Origin: Thermoproteota archaeon
GTDB taxonomy: Archaea; Thermoproteota; Thermoprotei; Gearchaeales; Gearchaeaceae
NCBI GenBank assembly: GCA_032249235.1
Contig: JAVVGF010000003.1
Location: forward strand, 32,001 to 96,000
Direction of reading: 5' to 3'
Length of the DNA: 64,000 bases
The notes beneath the pieces were generated by a model. It made no database searches. It was not told the DNA's origin and worked only from the letters and a program-made list of their open reading frames with translations. Made by a program: the position numbers and the translations under genes. Positions 62,590 through 64,000 of this stretch are shown here, one piece after another (positions within the stretch are counted from its first letter, which is position 1; every line of letters begins with the position of its first letter).

Positions 62590-62726
62590 ATAAATGAAAG
62601 CCTCGCCCTAAAGGGCGAGGGAAAGACTTGATATCTTAGAATTTAAGTTTCTCTTAAGAATTTCAGTGATGCTTCTCCTAAGCTCGATTGAAAGCTTGAT
62701 GGGACTTAAGAAAGAGTATTCAGCAT
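62590..62726 (+). mobile_element. Left-end remnant of the same IS200/IS605 family
   Basis: TTAC followed by the perfect hairpin cctcgccc-taaa-gggcgagg (62601-62620) and about 85 bp homologous to 28441-28518. Confidence 0.75.
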
Positions 62727-62993
62727 ACAGCAGATCTTTTATTTTGTTTTTCTATGAAGGTTCAATTGATAATTTCAAAATCTAGACCTAAGAAATAAAT
62801 GGGGCTCTCTGCATCACCTTACTACTCACTAAATGTGATATGTAACTTCGAATCAATAGTGGAGACAATGAATCATTCTAAAGGAAATCCTAACTTCAAA
62901 TTAGAGAGAAATTCAGTTTTTCTAAATAACGAAAAGTATGTTAAGGAAAGTCCAAATATAATCTTAAATAGTATAATTTAAATTAGTATAATT

Positions 62994-64000
62994 GTGATTA
63001 TACAAAGTTACTTCAAAAATAGAGAAAAAGAATTGGAAGTTATAAGAGAATATCTAAGAAGCAATAAATTCGAACTTTTGATCATTTATGGAAGGAGAAG
63101 GATAGGAAAGACTGAGTTAATATTGGAAGCTACCAAAAACGTGAAAAAAATATATTATCTTGCTACTACTGAAAAGAACTTAGAAAGATTTTACTCCTTA
63201 TGCTCAAAGCACTTTCCTGAAATTTCGAAGCTAAAAATGGATTGGGAGGTTTTATTTGATTATTTGAAAGACAAAGTTGATGTAATCATTATAGATGAAT
63301 TCCAGAATTTGATCGAAGAAGATAAAAATATCATAAGCGTCTTCCAATCAATAGTTGATTTAATATTGAAGAATTCCAAAGTAAAATTGTTCTTAATTGG
63401 ATCTTCCGTATCTATGATAACTTCTCATATTCTTAGTTACAAAAGTCCTTTATATGGAAGAAGAACAGGCTCTATGGAAATAGGACCAATTTCCTTTTTT
63501 GACCTTAAAAAATTCTTTCCTAATTTTAATGTTGAACAACTCATAGAAATTTTTGGTTTCGCAGATGGAATTCCATTCTATTTAGTAAAAATAAACAAGG
63601 AATTTTGGACATGGCTTGAAGAGGAGCTAAAGAGAAAAGATACTTTTTTGAAGGATGAGGTAGATTTTATAATGAAATATGAATTTGAAGATACAAGCAC
63701 TTACAAGTTAATTTTAGAAGCTATAGCTTTTGGGAAAACTAAGATTAATGAAATAAAGGATTATATAGGAGTAAAAAGAACGGATATAACTCCTTATTTG
63801 AAAAACTTGATTGAGGTTAAAATGGTAAAGAGGCTTGTTCCTATTACTGAAAAAGAGAAATCAAGATATGGAAGATATTACATTTCTGATAATTTCCTTA
63901 AGTTCTGGTTTAGATATATCTATGAAAATTTGAGTTCGATTGAAGAAGGCATCTTTGATGTTAATACAATAAAACAAAACTATAATGTTTATCTTGGAGA
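62994..64000 (+). CDS. Archaeal ATPase (ATPase_2, DUF234-type); runs off the window end
   Basis: GTG start, FKNREKEL, IYGRRRIGKT, IIDEFQNL, GSSVSM, SPLYGRRT, GIPFYL, DNFLKFWFRYI. Missing from the ORF track because there is no stop inside the window. Confidence 0.9.
   Translation, partial: MIIQSYFKNREKELEVIREYLRSNKFELLIIYGRRRIGKTELILEATKNVKKIYYLATTEKNLERFYSLCSKHFPEISKLKMDWEVLFDYLKDKVDVIIIDEFQNLIEEDKNIISVFQSIVDLILKNSKVKLFLIGSSVSMITSHILSYKSPLYGRRTGSMEIGPISFFDLKKFFPNFNVEQLIEIFGFADGIPFYLVKINKEFWTWLEEELKRKDTFLKDEVDFIMKYEFEDTSTYKLILEAIAFGKTKINEIKDYIGVKRTDITPYLKNLIEVKMVKRLVPITEKEKSRYGRYYISDNFLKFWFRYIYENLSSIEEGIFDVNTIKQNYNVYLG

Noticed and set aside
62799-62981. 60-aa ORF after the IS end (also the similar short ORFs at 19799, 29423 and 37943)
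   Set aside because: No recognisable motifs; they lie in degenerate intergenic DNA.

Overview
Low-GC (roughly 30% by eye), gene-dense window from an archaeon, most likely a thermophilic Thermoproteota/TACK lineage. Markers include the TIP49 helicase, PhoH-KH, Clp1, DUF763, AcnX mevalonate genes, four PaREP1 genes, HEPN-MNT pairs, TreX and TATA boxes about 25 nt before start codons. Most of the window is housekeeping and catabolic genes, including the FO synthase genes cofG and cofH. Decaying accessory patches lie at about 18.9-22 kb, 26.9-30.3 kb, 34.8-36.5 kb and 58.5-64 kb. I found no rRNA, tRNA or CRISPR array. Main observations: (1) a candidate donor-strand (TasA/AbpA/CanA-like) pilus locus with a major pilin and a paralogue carrying an inserted lectin-like domain (51.3-55 kb); (2) a fusion of an uncharacterised domain to a fungal-luciferase-like DUF5519 domain (11.1-11.9 kb); (3) a diverged duplication of the DUF1028/ribD-C divergent junction with reciprocal gene loss, enclosing decayed ribH and gch3 fragments, an IS605 miniature element and toxin-antitoxin genes; (4) an amidohydrolase in the cofGH operon that is a candidate for the missing archaeal flavin/F420 pyrimidine deaminase; (5) a 21-bp palindrome upstream of a YkoE-like thiamine ECF S-component gene; (6) several single-base frameshifts, two of them in A8 runs. 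All family assignments come from recognising motifs by eye, not from database searches.
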